From assembly GCA_963726745.1 (NCBI GenBank), contig CAVSDR010000003.1, positions 448,001 through 512,000 of the forward strand: a stretch of 64,000 nucleotides of DNA, written 5' to 3'. The DNA comes from an uncultured Verrucomicrobiae bacterium. GTDB lineage: Bacteria > Verrucomicrobiota > Verrucomicrobiia > Chthoniobacterales > UBA10450. The notes under the pieces are model-generated. The model was not told the DNA's origin and searched no databases. It saw only the letters and a program-made list of their open reading frames with translations. Shown here one piece after another: positions 49,016 to 57,804 of the stretch (within the stretch, counting starts at the first letter, position 1; every line of letters begins with the position of its first letter). The position numbers and the translations under genes are program-made.

Positions 49016-49604
49016 GCCGCTCGACGCCGCCCAGCTTCAAGCCGCGCTCCGCGGCAGCACGCTTGGCCGCGAAGTGGTCGTCCTCGCGGAGACCACTTCC
49101 ACCAACGACCACCTCTTCGCATCGGTCACGGCCATGACGCCGGAAGGCCTGGTCGTCTTCGCCGAGAAACAGACAGCAGGACGTGGTCAATACGGGCGGC
49201 ATTGGGAATCGGCGCCGCGGCTCGGCCTGTGGTTCTCGGTTCTCCTGCGGCCGCGAATATCACCGGACGCGACCCCTCGCCTAACGAGTTGGGCCGCGCA
49301 GGCGATCGCGCGCGCGCTCGCGCCGGAAGCGACGGTCAAGCCGCCGAACGACGTCTACCTCGACGGCCGGAAAGTCGCCGGCGTGCTCCTCGAGATGCGC
49401 GCCGTCCCTGGCCAGCCGCACCTCGGCATCCTGGGAATCGGGATCAACGTCCTCCAGCAAGCGGACGACTTTCCGGCAGAACTCCGCGACCGGGCCGCCT
49501 CGCTGGCGATGCTGCGCCCGGAGGCAAAAATTAGCCGGCAGGATGTCGCCGTGCAGGTGCTTCGCGAACTCGACCGGACCTACCGCGCGGCGCTTAATTT
49601 CTGA
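49002..49604 (+). CDS. birA: biotin-[acetyl-CoA-carboxylase] ligase (no HTH)
   Basis: STND, QTAGRGQ.GR.W, KPPND and KVAGVL motifs. Confidence 0.9.
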   Translation: MSPAEPLDAAQLQAALRGSTLGREVVVLAETTSTNDHLFASVTAMTPEGLVVFAEKQTAGRGQYGRHWESAPRLGLWFSVLLRPRISPDATPRLTSWAAQAIARALAPEATVKPPNDVYLDGRKVAGVLLEMRAVPGQPHLGILGIGINVLQQADDFPAELRDRAASLAMLRPEAKISRQDVAVQVLRELDRTYRAALNF

Positions 49605-50626
49605 AGCGCGCGCAGCTTCTCGAGCGCGCGGCCGCTGTCGATCTGTTCCGCCGCGAGCGCGATCCCGTCCTTCAAGTCGAAGGCCAGGCCCGCGACCACA
49701 AACCCCGCGCCGGCGTTGACCAAGGCGAGGTCGCGTTTCGCCCCGCGCATTTCGCCCGCAAGCAGCGCCGTGAGCGTGGCCGCGTTTTCCGGCGCCTGCC
49801 CGCCGCGCAATTCCTCGCGCGCGCCCTCGGCAATCCCGAGCCAGCGCGGATCGATCACCGCCGCGCTCACCTTCCCGTCGCGCAATTCCGCGAGCGTCGT
49901 CGGGCCGCTGGTGGAGATGTCGTCCACCCCGCCGCCGCCCGCGACCGCGCCGTGGACGATCCAGGCTTTCTCGCGCTGCAATTGCCGCAGCACCTCCGCA
50001 AAAACACTCGTTAGGCGCGGCGCGTAAACGCCGATCAACTGCCGCGCCGGGCGCGCCGGATTCAGCAGCGGGCCGAGCAAATTGAAAATCGTGCGCGTGC
50101 CCGCGCGGGCGAGCTGCGCGCGCATTTCCGCAAGCGCGCGGAAAGCCGGGTGGTAATGCCGCGCAAAGAGGAAGCCGACGCCGATCTCCCGGAGGCTGCG
50201 TCGCAATTCCTCCGGCTCCCACTGCAGCCGGATGCCGAGCGCCTCGAGCACATCCGCGCTCCCGCACGCGGAGGTGACGCTGCGATTGCCGTGCTTGACC
50301 ACGCAGGCGCCGCCCGCCGCGAGGATGAACGTGATCGTGGTCGAGACGTTGAAGAAATCGAGCCCGGAGCCGCCGGTCCCGCAGACGTCGAGCATCGGCC
50401 CCGGCAGATCTTGCTGTCTAATTCCGGGATCGATCGCGCGATCGATCAATTGCTCGACGAAGCCGGCGATCTCCTCCGCGCTTTCGCCTTTCGCGTGCAG
50501 CGCCGTCAGGAAGGCCGCCTTTTGCTCGGCCGGCGTGGTCTCGGAAAGGAGGCGCGCGACCGCGAGCGCAATTTCGCCCGCGTCCAGGTCGGTGCCGCCC
50601 TGGAGCTTTTCCGTGAGGGTCTTCAC
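49580..50626 (-). CDS. trpD: anthranilate phosphoribosyltransferase
   Basis: DVCGTGG, FNVST, KHGNRSVTS..GSADVLEALG and FNLLGPLLNP motifs. Confidence 0.95.
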   Translation of the reverse strand: MKTLTEKLQGGTDLDAGEIALAVARLLSETTPAEQKAAFLTALHAKGESAEEIAGFVEQLIDRAIDPGIRQQDLPGPMLDVCGTGGSGLDFFNVSTTITFILAAGGACVVKHGNRSVTSACGSADVLEALGIRLQWEPEELRRSLREIGVGFLFARHYHPAFRALAEMRAQLARAGTRTIFNLLGPLLNPARPARQLIGVYAPRLTSVFAEVLRQLQREKAWIVHGAVAGGGGVDDISTSGPTTLAELRDGKVSAAVIDPRWLGIAEGAREELRGGQAPENAATLTALLAGEMRGAKRDLALVNAGAGFVVAGLAFDLKDGIALAAEQIDSGRALEKLRALQKLSAAR

Positions 50627-51729
50627 GCAGCTTGCGCGGACATGCGCGAAAGCCATTCGCGATAAATCAGCGGCGAGATTTCCGAGGGCTTGATCTCGCT
50701 CCGGCCACCCCAGAAAACGTTCGTGTAGCTCACCGGAATGCCGCAGGCCGCGAGGTGCTGGTCGATCGCGCGCTTATGCTCGAGGAGCAGCTCTTTGTCG
50801 GTCCCGTGCGCCACCGCCATGATGTTCACGTGGCGGAATTCCGCGCCGGCTTCGCGCCAATAGCAATGCGTCAGGATGTGGTGCCGCCCGACTTCGCCGC
50901 CCGCCTCCACTTCGCGACCCGCCGGCACCGCCCAATGGAAGAGCGCGTTGAAGCGGGTCACGCGCACGCCCGTGCCCGAAGGCTTCACGTGCTCGAGGAA
51001 AGTGGAGAAACGGCCGATGACTTTGCGCTCGTTGAGCGACTCCGCGATCCGGCAAAATTCCTCCAGCGACACGCCTGCTTCCGCCGCCCGCGCGCTCCAG
51101 GGTGACGGCTGAATTTCCTCCGGGGCGAACTCGCGCTTCAAGGCCAGGAGCACTTCCCATTCGCGGTCGCTCACCTCAGCCACATGCACCGGCGCCATCG
51201 TCGCGGGCGCGTCCGCTTTGCTCCCGGGCTCGATCGTTTTCCGCCGCACATGCCCGACGCCGAGGGTGAAAATTCCCTTCGCCGGCATCAGGCGAAAGTG
51301 ATCCGCACCGACATGCTGCGCGAGGATTTCGCCATGGCGCTGGAGCGAATAGCCATGCGGCACTTTCACCGTCGTCCAGAGTTTGTAATCGGAGCCGGCA
51401 GTGACCGCATCGGTCGAACGCAGGACCACGTGCCCGGAGAATGGGTCCTCCTGGAACATGTAATCGAAAGCGCTGTCTAATTTCTCCGGCGGCACCTTCC
51501 AGGCGACGAGCGCGCCATCGGCCAGGTTGGTCGCGAGCAAAGTCTGGCGCACCCGGCGGATCGTCCCCGCGCGCAACATCGCCGCGATCCGCGCGATCAC
51601 CGTGGCCTCATCCACCCCGGAGCGCGCGGCGATTTCCGCGAAGGGCTCGCGCACGAACCCGGCGATTTTGTCCTCCGAGATGGCGAGGATTTTTTCGTTT
51701 ACGGGGTCGTTGTGTTCCACGGGCAGCAT
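50623..51729 (-). CDS. siroheme decarboxylase AhbA/AhbB (NirDL)-like protein with two Lrp/AsnC-type halves
   Basis: Two wHTH plus ferredoxin-like halves (PFAEIA...GALVAWKV...HVVLR; PWSARA...NALFHWAV...THCYWR). Confidence 0.7.
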   Translation of the reverse strand: MLPVEHNDPVNEKILAISEDKIAGFVREPFAEIAARSGVDEATVIARIAAMLRAGTIRRVRQTLLATNLADGALVAWKVPPEKLDSAFDYMFQEDPFSGHVVLRSTDAVTAGSDYKLWTTVKVPHGYSLQRHGEILAQHVGADHFRLMPAKGIFTLGVGHVRRKTIEPGSKADAPATMAPVHVAEVSDREWEVLLALKREFAPEEIQPSPWSARAAEAGVSLEEFCRIAESLNERKVIGRFSTFLEHVKPSGTGVRVTRFNALFHWAVPAGREVEAGGEVGRHHILTHCYWREAGAEFRHVNIMAVAHGTDKELLLEHKRAIDQHLAACGIPVSYTNVFWGGRSEIKPSEISPLIYREWLSRMSAQAA

Positions 51730-51759
51730 CGCGCTTTAATAAGGCGGTCGCGCGGGCCA

Positions 51760-52449
51760 ATGTCCACTGTGAGTGCGGACCTGAAACTGATCACCTTCGA
51801 CGCGGCGGGCACCTTGATCGAGCTGACCGAGAGCGTCGGCTGGCACTATGCGCACGTCGGGCGGCGGCTCGGCCTGCAGCTGGACGCAGCGGCGCTCGAG
51901 GCTGCCTTCGGCCGCGTCTGGAAGGAAATGCCCGCGCGGCCGGCGACCGGCGAACCGCGCGAAGACGACGACAAAGAATGGTGGCGTGTGCTGGTCGACA
52001 GGATCTTCGACCAGGTGGCGCCGGCCACGCGCGACCTCGACCGCGACAACTTCTTCGAGATCGCCTACGAGCACTTTGCCGAGGCTGGCGTCTGGCGGCT
52101 TTTCCCGGAAACGCTCGAGGTGCTGGAGGCATTGCATCGCCGTTACGACCTGGTGGTGATCTCGAATTTCGACGGCCGCCTGCGGATGGTCTTCGAGCAT
52201 CTCGGGATCTCCCGCTTCTTCAAAGCGCTGGCTATTTCCAGCGAGATCGGCGCGGACAAGCCCGACCCGCTGATCTTCCAACGCGCCCTCGCGCTGGGCG
52301 GCGGGGCGCAGCCTAACGAGGCGTTGCACGTGGGCGACGATCCCCGGCGCGACTGGGCCGCCGCCCGCGCCGCCGGGCTGCAGGTCTTCGAGCTCGAGCG
52401 CCCGCGAAACACCCTGCGCGAGCTCGTGGCCGCTTGCGCCGGCAAATGA
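51760..52449 (+). CDS. HAD-IA family hydrolase
   Basis: FDAAGTL, ISNFD, KPDPLIF and HVGD motifs. Confidence 0.9.
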   Translation: MSTVSADLKLITFDAAGTLIELTESVGWHYAHVGRRLGLQLDAAALEAAFGRVWKEMPARPATGEPREDDDKEWWRVLVDRIFDQVAPATRDLDRDNFFEIAYEHFAEAGVWRLFPETLEVLEALHRRYDLVVISNFDGRLRMVFEHLGISRFFKALAISSEIGADKPDPLIFQRALALGGGAQPNEALHVGDDPRRDWAAARAAGLQVFELERPRNTLRELVAACAGK

Positions 52450-52492
52450 TGTAGACTAAACCAAACCTCGCGCCGCTTTCCCGGCGCTGAGC

Positions 52493-52564
52493 GGGTTGGT
52501 AGCTCAATGGTAGAGCAGCGCCCTTTTAAGGCGTTGGTTGTGGGTTCGAGTCCCACCCGACCCA
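52493..52564 (+). tRNA. tRNA-Lys (UUU)
   Basis: GGGTTGG/CCGACCC acceptor stem, anticodon loop CTTTTAA, T-loop GTTCGAG; CCA not encoded. Confidence 0.95.
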
Positions 52565-52571
52565 CTTCCGC

Positions 52572-53459
52572 CTACGGCTTTGCCCGCACGATCGTGACCG
52601 GCGTGCCGCGGCGAATGAGCAATTGCAGCTCGGCCAGGTCAGCCGTGAGCAAGGCGATCCCGCGCGGCGGGATCTCTGGATTGCGCGAAGCTTCCTCGGG
52701 GCGCTCGGCTAATTCCACCGTCTCCGGCGCGACGCTCGCGTCCTCATCGATGCCATAGAGGATGTAACCGCCGCGGCCGAGATGGATCCGCGGGTCGGCC
52801 GTCGCTTTCTCCTGCTCGGCATCGGAGGAGACGCGGCCGCCCTCTTTCCAGAAGGTGGTCGCGGTGACCTTGGTTACGACCAGCGCCTGGCGCACGCGCG
52901 GGAGGAGGTGGACGTCGACCACCGGGTATTCCTTGAAGAAGCCGTCGCCGTGATGCACGACTAACCGCTCGTTAGGCAAATCGAGTGTGAGGGTAAAATC
53001 GTTGTCCGGCACGAGCAATTGATCGCCCGGGCGCAGGAGCGAGGACTCGAGGTTGCTCGCGCGCATGATGCTCGCGGGCGTGGAGTCGAGCTTGCGCGCA
53101 ATCCGCCAGAGGGAATCGCCCCGCTGGACGGTGTATTCGCTTTTGCCGAAAAGGCTCTCGCGCGAGAAGAACATCTCGGTGTTAATCTCGCCGAGAAGGT
53201 CGCGCGCGGCCTGGGCTTCGGCCGCATTGGGATACAGGCGGATTTGCTGGCGCAAAAGCGTCTGCGCCTCGACCGGCCGGCCGGCCGCGCGCAAGGCGCG
53301 GGCGGCGTCAATCTGTTTCACCAACGGGTGCACATAGACCGGCGCGGTCTGGCCCCGCAAATGGCGATACGGAAAGAGCAGCGGAACTCCGAAACGGATC
53401 GCGCCGCCGGCGATCGCCGCGGCCAGGACCACCACCGTGAGGAGTTTAAGCTGCTTCAT
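52572..53459 (-). CDS. LysM plus L,D-transpeptidase-like (YkuD) membrane-anchored protein
   Basis: YTVQRGDSLWRIA LysM; FFKEYPV...GTPVTI YkuD-like frame. Confidence 0.78.
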   Translation of the reverse strand: MKQLKLLTVVVLAAAIAGGAIRFGVPLLFPYRHLRGQTAPVYVHPLVKQIDAARALRAAGRPVEAQTLLRQQIRLYPNAAEAQAARDLLGEINTEMFFSRESLFGKSEYTVQRGDSLWRIARKLDSTPASIMRASNLESSLLRPGDQLLVPDNDFTLTLDLPNERLVVHHGDGFFKEYPVVDVHLLPRVRQALVVTKVTATTFWKEGGRVSSDAEQEKATADPRIHLGRGGYILYGIDEDASVAPETVELAERPEEASRNPEIPPRGIALLTADLAELQLLIRRGTPVTIVRAKP

Positions 53460-54855
53460 GTCTGACCGGAAGATACACCGAAAACTCCGAGCCTTCACCG
53501 AGACGGCTGCGCACTTCCACCCGGCCACGATGCGCTTCCACGATCGCTTTGACCAAGTTTAATCCCAGCCCGAGTCCCGGTTGCCCGCGACTTTTATCGC
53601 CGCGGTAGAGGCGCTCCCAGATGCGCGGAAGATCGGCCGGCTCGATCCCCTGGCCGGTGTCGCGCAGCCGCACCCGCACTTCGCCGGCGGAGCAATCCGC
53701 GGCCACCGAGACGACGCCGCCTGCAGGGGTGTATTTGATCGCATTATCCAGCAAATTCGCGAAGACCTGGCGCACGCGCGGCGCATCCACCAGCGCCTCG
53801 CAACCGCCGGCCAGGTCGGTCGTGAGATCGATGCCTTTCTCCTCCGCGACGTGCGCGTAGAGCGCGACCGCGTCGTCAATCAGCCGGCTAATTTCCGTAG
53901 GCGCACGCTGCAGCCGCATGAGCCCGGCCTCGGCCTGGGAGACATCCATGAGCGTGCGGATGATGGTTTGCACGCGCTCGGTCTCCTCGAGCGCGGAGCC
54001 GATGCGATCGTGCAACGCCTCCACGTGGCCATCCTCGGCCAGCGCCTCCTCGAGGGTCGCGCGCAAGCGCGCGAGCGGCGTGCGCAGATCGTGCGCGACA
54101 TTATCGAGCGAATCGCGCAGGGCGCGAAAGAGCGCTTCGTTGTGATCGAGCATGCGATTGAAGAGAACCGCGAGGTCGCGCAGCTCGTCGTTCGCCGGGC
54201 GAATGGGCACGCGGACGTCGAGCCGGCCGGTGTCGATGATCGAGGACGCCGCCGCGAGCACGCCGCGCACTGGCTGGGTCAGGCGATTGGTGAAGAGCAT
54301 CCCGCCGACCATTCCCAGCAGCACCAGCGGCAGCAGGACGAGCGCGAAGGTTTGGCGGAAATTAGCCAGCAACTTCGCCCGGCTGTCGCTGCTCCGGCCG
54401 ATCAGGAAGCGCTCGCCATCGGGCAGGGTCGAGGTGGCCACGGTCAGGTCGACCTCGGAATCGCGCGCCAGCCGGCGCCAGCCTTGTTCCGCGCCGGCCG
54501 CGCTGGCCTGCGCCGATCGCAGGTCGCGCTCGCTCCAATCCCCGGGCACGATTTGCAACGCGGGCGCCTGCCCGGCCCGGTCCACTTGCACGAAATATTC
54601 GCGCTGACCGCGCAGGCGATTGATCCGCTCGCTCCATTCCCGCAACGCCGGCAGTCCGCCGTGCTGGTAGACCGAGACGTATTCGTGCAGCCGCGCCTCG
54701 ATCATGTCGCGGTCTTTCCGGTCAATCGCCGCGCCTAACAAGAAGTAAACCAGGACCAGGAGCAAGAGAGCGCTCACCAGGAAAAGCGCAGCATACCAAA
54801 GCCCCACCCGGAAAGTGAGGGTGCGGGGCAGTTCCCTAATCTGCTTCCAGGACAT
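53446..54855 (-). CDS. HAMP-domain sensor histidine kinase
   Basis: Two TMs, AHDLRTPL, NLLDNAIKY, DTGQG and GLGLGL motifs. Confidence 0.93.
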   Translation of the reverse strand: MSWKQIRELPRTLTFRVGLWYAALFLVSALLLLVLVYFLLGAAIDRKDRDMIEARLHEYVSVYQHGGLPALREWSERINRLRGQREYFVQVDRAGQAPALQIVPGDWSERDLRSAQASAAGAEQGWRRLARDSEVDLTVATSTLPDGERFLIGRSSDSRAKLLANFRQTFALVLLPLVLLGMVGGMLFTNRLTQPVRGVLAAASSIIDTGRLDVRVPIRPANDELRDLAVLFNRMLDHNEALFRALRDSLDNVAHDLRTPLARLRATLEEALAEDGHVEALHDRIGSALEETERVQTIIRTLMDVSQAEAGLMRLQRAPTEISRLIDDAVALYAHVAEEKGIDLTTDLAGGCEALVDAPRVRQVFANLLDNAIKYTPAGGVVSVAADCSAGEVRVRLRDTGQGIEPADLPRIWERLYRGDKSRGQPGLGLGLNLVKAIVEAHRGRVEVRSRLGEGSEFSVYLPVRHEAA

Positions 54856-55510
54856 AGCCCATCCCGCGCCGGGTCCGGATCAACTTTTTCGCAAAGCCCT
54901 TGTCGATCTTGTGCCGCAGGCGGCAAACGAGCACGTCGACCACGTTGGTCTGCGGATCGAAGCTGTAGTCCCAGACGTGGCTCAGGATCATCGTCTTCGT
55001 GACCACGCGGCCGGCGTTGCGCAGGAGATATTCCAGGAGGGCAAACTCGCGCGCCTGCAGCTCGATCTTCTCGCCCGCGCGCGTGACCTTGCGCGTGAGC
55101 AAGTCGAGGTGGACCTCGCCCACGGTAAGCGTGCTCGGCTCCGCCATCTGCGAATGCCGCCGCACCAGTGCCTGGATGCGCGCGAGCAGCTCGGTGAAGG
55201 CAAACGGCTTCACCAGGTAATCGTCGCCGCCGGTTTCGAGCCCGCGCACGCGATCGTCCACGCTCGCCTTCGCGCTCAGGATCAGGACCGGCATGGTGCT
55301 ATGCTTCGCGCGCACCTGGCGCACGAGCGAGAGGCCGTCGATCCCCGGGAGCATCAGGTCGACAATCGCGGCGTCGTATTCCTGCCCCAGGGCCATGGCC
55401 AGGCCTTCATCGCCATCGGTGCAATGGTCGACCGCGAAGCCCGCTTCCACGAACCCCTTCTTGATGAAGGCCCCGAGCTGTTGGTCGTCTTCGATTACGA
55501 GCAAATGCAT
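54836..55510 (-). CDS. OmpR/CusR-family response regulator
   Basis: IEDD, DLMLP, DDYLVKPF and wHTH (TNVVDV, RGMGY). Confidence 0.94.
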   Translation of the reverse strand: MHLLVIEDDQQLGAFIKKGFVEAGFAVDHCTDGDEGLAMALGQEYDAAIVDLMLPGIDGLSLVRQVRAKHSTMPVLILSAKASVDDRVRGLETGGDDYLVKPFAFTELLARIQALVRRHSQMAEPSTLTVGEVHLDLLTRKVTRAGEKIELQAREFALLEYLLRNAGRVVTKTMILSHVWDYSFDPQTNVVDVLVCRLRHKIDKGFAKKLIRTRRGMGYVLEAD

Positions 55511-55601
55511 GAGAAAAAGCGGACGGCTGGAGCACTCTGGCCGCGGCGCGGGAGACAGTCCACCGGTTAGAATGAGCTGCCCAGCGCGCTCCCAGAAACG
55601 G

Positions 55602-55631
55602 AAAAGGCCTCGCGCCTTTCGACGCGAGGCC
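55602..55631 (-). terminator. intrinsic terminator
   Basis: GGCCTCGCG/CGCGAGGCC stem; U4 on the minus strand downstream of the gene ending at 55656. Confidence 0.6.
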
Positions 55632-55655
55632 CCCCTGGTAAACTTCCCTAGCGGC

Positions 55656-56855
55656 TTAATCGTGGTTCACTTCGTAGATTTCTACCAGCCCAATTCCTTG
55701 GGTGGTGTCGGCCCCGGAGGCGCTCACGATCGTGGTGTAGGCGCCCGGTTCCAGGCGCACGAGCAGCGCCGCGTCGAGGTCGTTCGACGGCGCCAGCTTG
55801 CTGGCGACGATTTCGGACGCGTTGGCGTTCGCCTTCCAGTCATCGTTCTGCGCCAGGAGCGTGCCGTTGGCGTAGAGCTTGAGCGCTGGATTGGCCAGGG
55901 CCGGGGAAACGCCGGCCGCTGCGAGCGACGGCCCGAGCGCGCGGATCATGACCATTTTCGGCCCGCCGGTAATAATGAAACCACCGATGAGCTGGGCCTG
56001 CCCCTGGCCCACGAGGCCGCGGGTGGAGATATTAGCCATCCGGTTCACCAGCGTGCTCTTGAAGCTGTTCACCGTGTAAGTCCCGGCGCTGGTGGTGAAG
56101 CTGCCCTGGAAGGCGCCGTCCACGATGCTGAAGGAACCGGTGATCGCGCTCGTGCTGCCGACGGTTTTATCGAGCGTGAAGGTGTAGCTGGTCGAGGGTG
56201 CCACGGGCGCGGTGACGGTCCCGAAGCCGCCGGTGCGGGTGAAGTTCGGCGCGGTGCCGCTCACCTGGATCATGGCAATGTGCTGGCTGCGATCGATCAC
56301 AAACATCACCCGGCTGTCGCCGCCCGGGCCGCTGGCCACGCCGACGAAGCGGCCGGCCACGCTCTCGTCGCCGCCGAAGTCCGAGGCGCGTCCCGCCTGG
56401 AAGGTGGCGCCGCCGACATTCCCGCTAATCAGGCGCTCGCCCGCAGTGCCCGTAATGGTCTGTCCATTCGAGAGGGCAAAGCTGAAGGCGCCATTGCTCA
56501 TCACGCCTTCGGCATAGCCGACACTTTGGCCGGAGAGGTCGAGCACGTTCACCTGCAGGCGCGTGTCTTTTTCCACGTAAAGCAGCACGATGCTGCCGGT
56601 GGAGGTGGTCCCTTGGTAAAAGCCGTGCAGGCTCAATTTCCCCTGGCTCGATCCGCCGCCGCCACCGCCGCTGCCGCCGCTTCCCCCTCCGCCGCTGCCG
56701 CCGCCGCCGTGGTCGTCAATTGGCGTGGCGCTGGGTGCCGGCGTTGCCGTGGGCGAGGTGCCGGGGGTAGGCGAAGGCGAGAGTTCGCCGGCGTAGGTAG
56801 TTGCGGTTAAGAGCGCCGCCGCGAACGCGGTGGCGAACAGGTTCTGGGTTTTCAT
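55656..56855 (-). CDS. secreted protein with PT/Gly-rich linker and C-terminal NISTRG-type domain
   Basis: Signal peptide; DDHGGGGS linker; ANISTRG..IGGFII.G..RALGPSL..NDDW..L.PGAYT..GIGLVEIY. Confidence 0.82.
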   Translation of the reverse strand: MKTQNLFATAFAAALLTATTYAGELSPSPTPGTSPTATPAPSATPIDDHGGGGSGGGGSGGSGGGGGGSSQGKLSLHGFYQGTTSTGSIVLLYVEKDTRLQVNVLDLSGQSVGYAEGVMSNGAFSFALSNGQTITGTAGERLISGNVGGATFQAGRASDFGGDESVAGRFVGVASGPGGDSRVMFVIDRSQHIAMIQVSGTAPNFTRTGGFGTVTAPVAPSTSYTFTLDKTVGSTSAITGSFSIVDGAFQGSFTTSAGTYTVNSFKSTLVNRMANISTRGLVGQGQAQLIGGFIITGGPKMVMIRALGPSLAAAGVSPALANPALKLYANGTLLAQNDDWKANANASEIVASKLAPSNDLDAALLVRLEPGAYTTIVSASGADTTQGIGLVEIYEVNHD

Positions 56856-57022
56856 CTGATGCAGTGTTTGGGTTTTGGCTTGGTTTTTGATTGGTGCGCT
56901 GCAGGAGAATCGGCGCCGTGATTATGGAAATTATGAGCACTTCCCGTTCCTTTTTCCCGCGCGGCCGCACGGCTTTTTGCTTGCCCATCCACCCGCCATC
57001 TCGATAGTGCCCTTCGCCTTCC

Positions 57023-57095
57023 GGGGGTATAGCTCAGTTGGTAGAGCGTCTCGTTCGCAATGAGAAGGCCAGGGGTTCGAATCCCCTTACCTCCA
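57023..57095 (+). tRNA. tRNA-Ala (CGC)
   Basis: GGGGGTA/TACCTCC stem with G3:U70, anticodon loop TTCGCAA, T-loop GTTCGAA; CCA not encoded. Confidence 0.95.
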
Positions 57096-57234
57096 CTCCC
57101 CCGCCGGTCCCGCGAAGTGCTTGCCAGCCGCGCAACGACTCGTTATACCGCTCGCTGAAACCAGCCCGCCGCGCGCCGGTCTGCGGTGTTGCGAGGGGCT
57201 GCCAAAATCAAACCCACGCAACTCAGCATCCACC

Positions 57235-57745
57235 ATGATCTCAAAATCAATTCTCCTCACCGGCGCGCTCCTGGCCGCGCTTGCCCTCGGTGCCCCCACG
57301 GCGGCCTTTGCCGCGCAAAAGAAGACGGCCGAAACCAGCGCCGCCGCCCCGGCCGCCTCGCCTGCCGCCAGCGCCAATCGCGGCCGCTTCCCCGGCCGCG
57401 AAAGCTCCTCACGCCCTGCCCTTCCACGGCAAAGTCGGCACGGTCGACGCGAAGGCAAAGAGCTTCACCGTCCCCGGCAAGGAAAAGGAACAGACCTACA
57501 AAATCGTCAGCACCACCGTGATCACCAAGGCCGGCCAGCCGGGCACGATCAAGGACGTGGTCGCGAATGAAGAAGTGCGCGGCAGCTTCCTAAAAAGCAC
57601 CGATGGCACCAACGAAGTGAAGACGCTCAAGGTCGGCCCGCTGACCGACGCCGAGAAGGCCGAGAAGGAAGCGAAGAAACAGAAGCGCGAGGAAAAGAAA
57701 GCCGCCAAGGAAGGCGCGGCCCCGGAAGCCAGCCCGAAACCTTAG
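57235..57745 (+). CDS. secreted Lys/Ala-rich OB-fold-like protein, frameshifted near 57375
   Basis: Signal peptide MISKSILLTGALLAALAL in one frame; PFHGKVGTVDAKAKSFTV...VRGSF in the next frame. Confidence 0.7.
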
Positions 57746-57766
57746 CCGACAACTTCTGGCCTAACG

Positions 57767-57804
57767 AAACCTGCGGCAGGAGCGATTCCCGCCGCAGGTT
57801 TTTT
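57767..57804. terminator. bidirectional intrinsic terminator
   Basis: AAACCTGCGGC/GCCGCAGGTTT stem plus T-run between convergent genes. Confidence 0.75.

Noticed and set aside
56650..56710. (CCG)n-like tandem repeat
   Set aside because: It encodes the Gly/Ser linker of the secreted protein and is not an independent repeat element.
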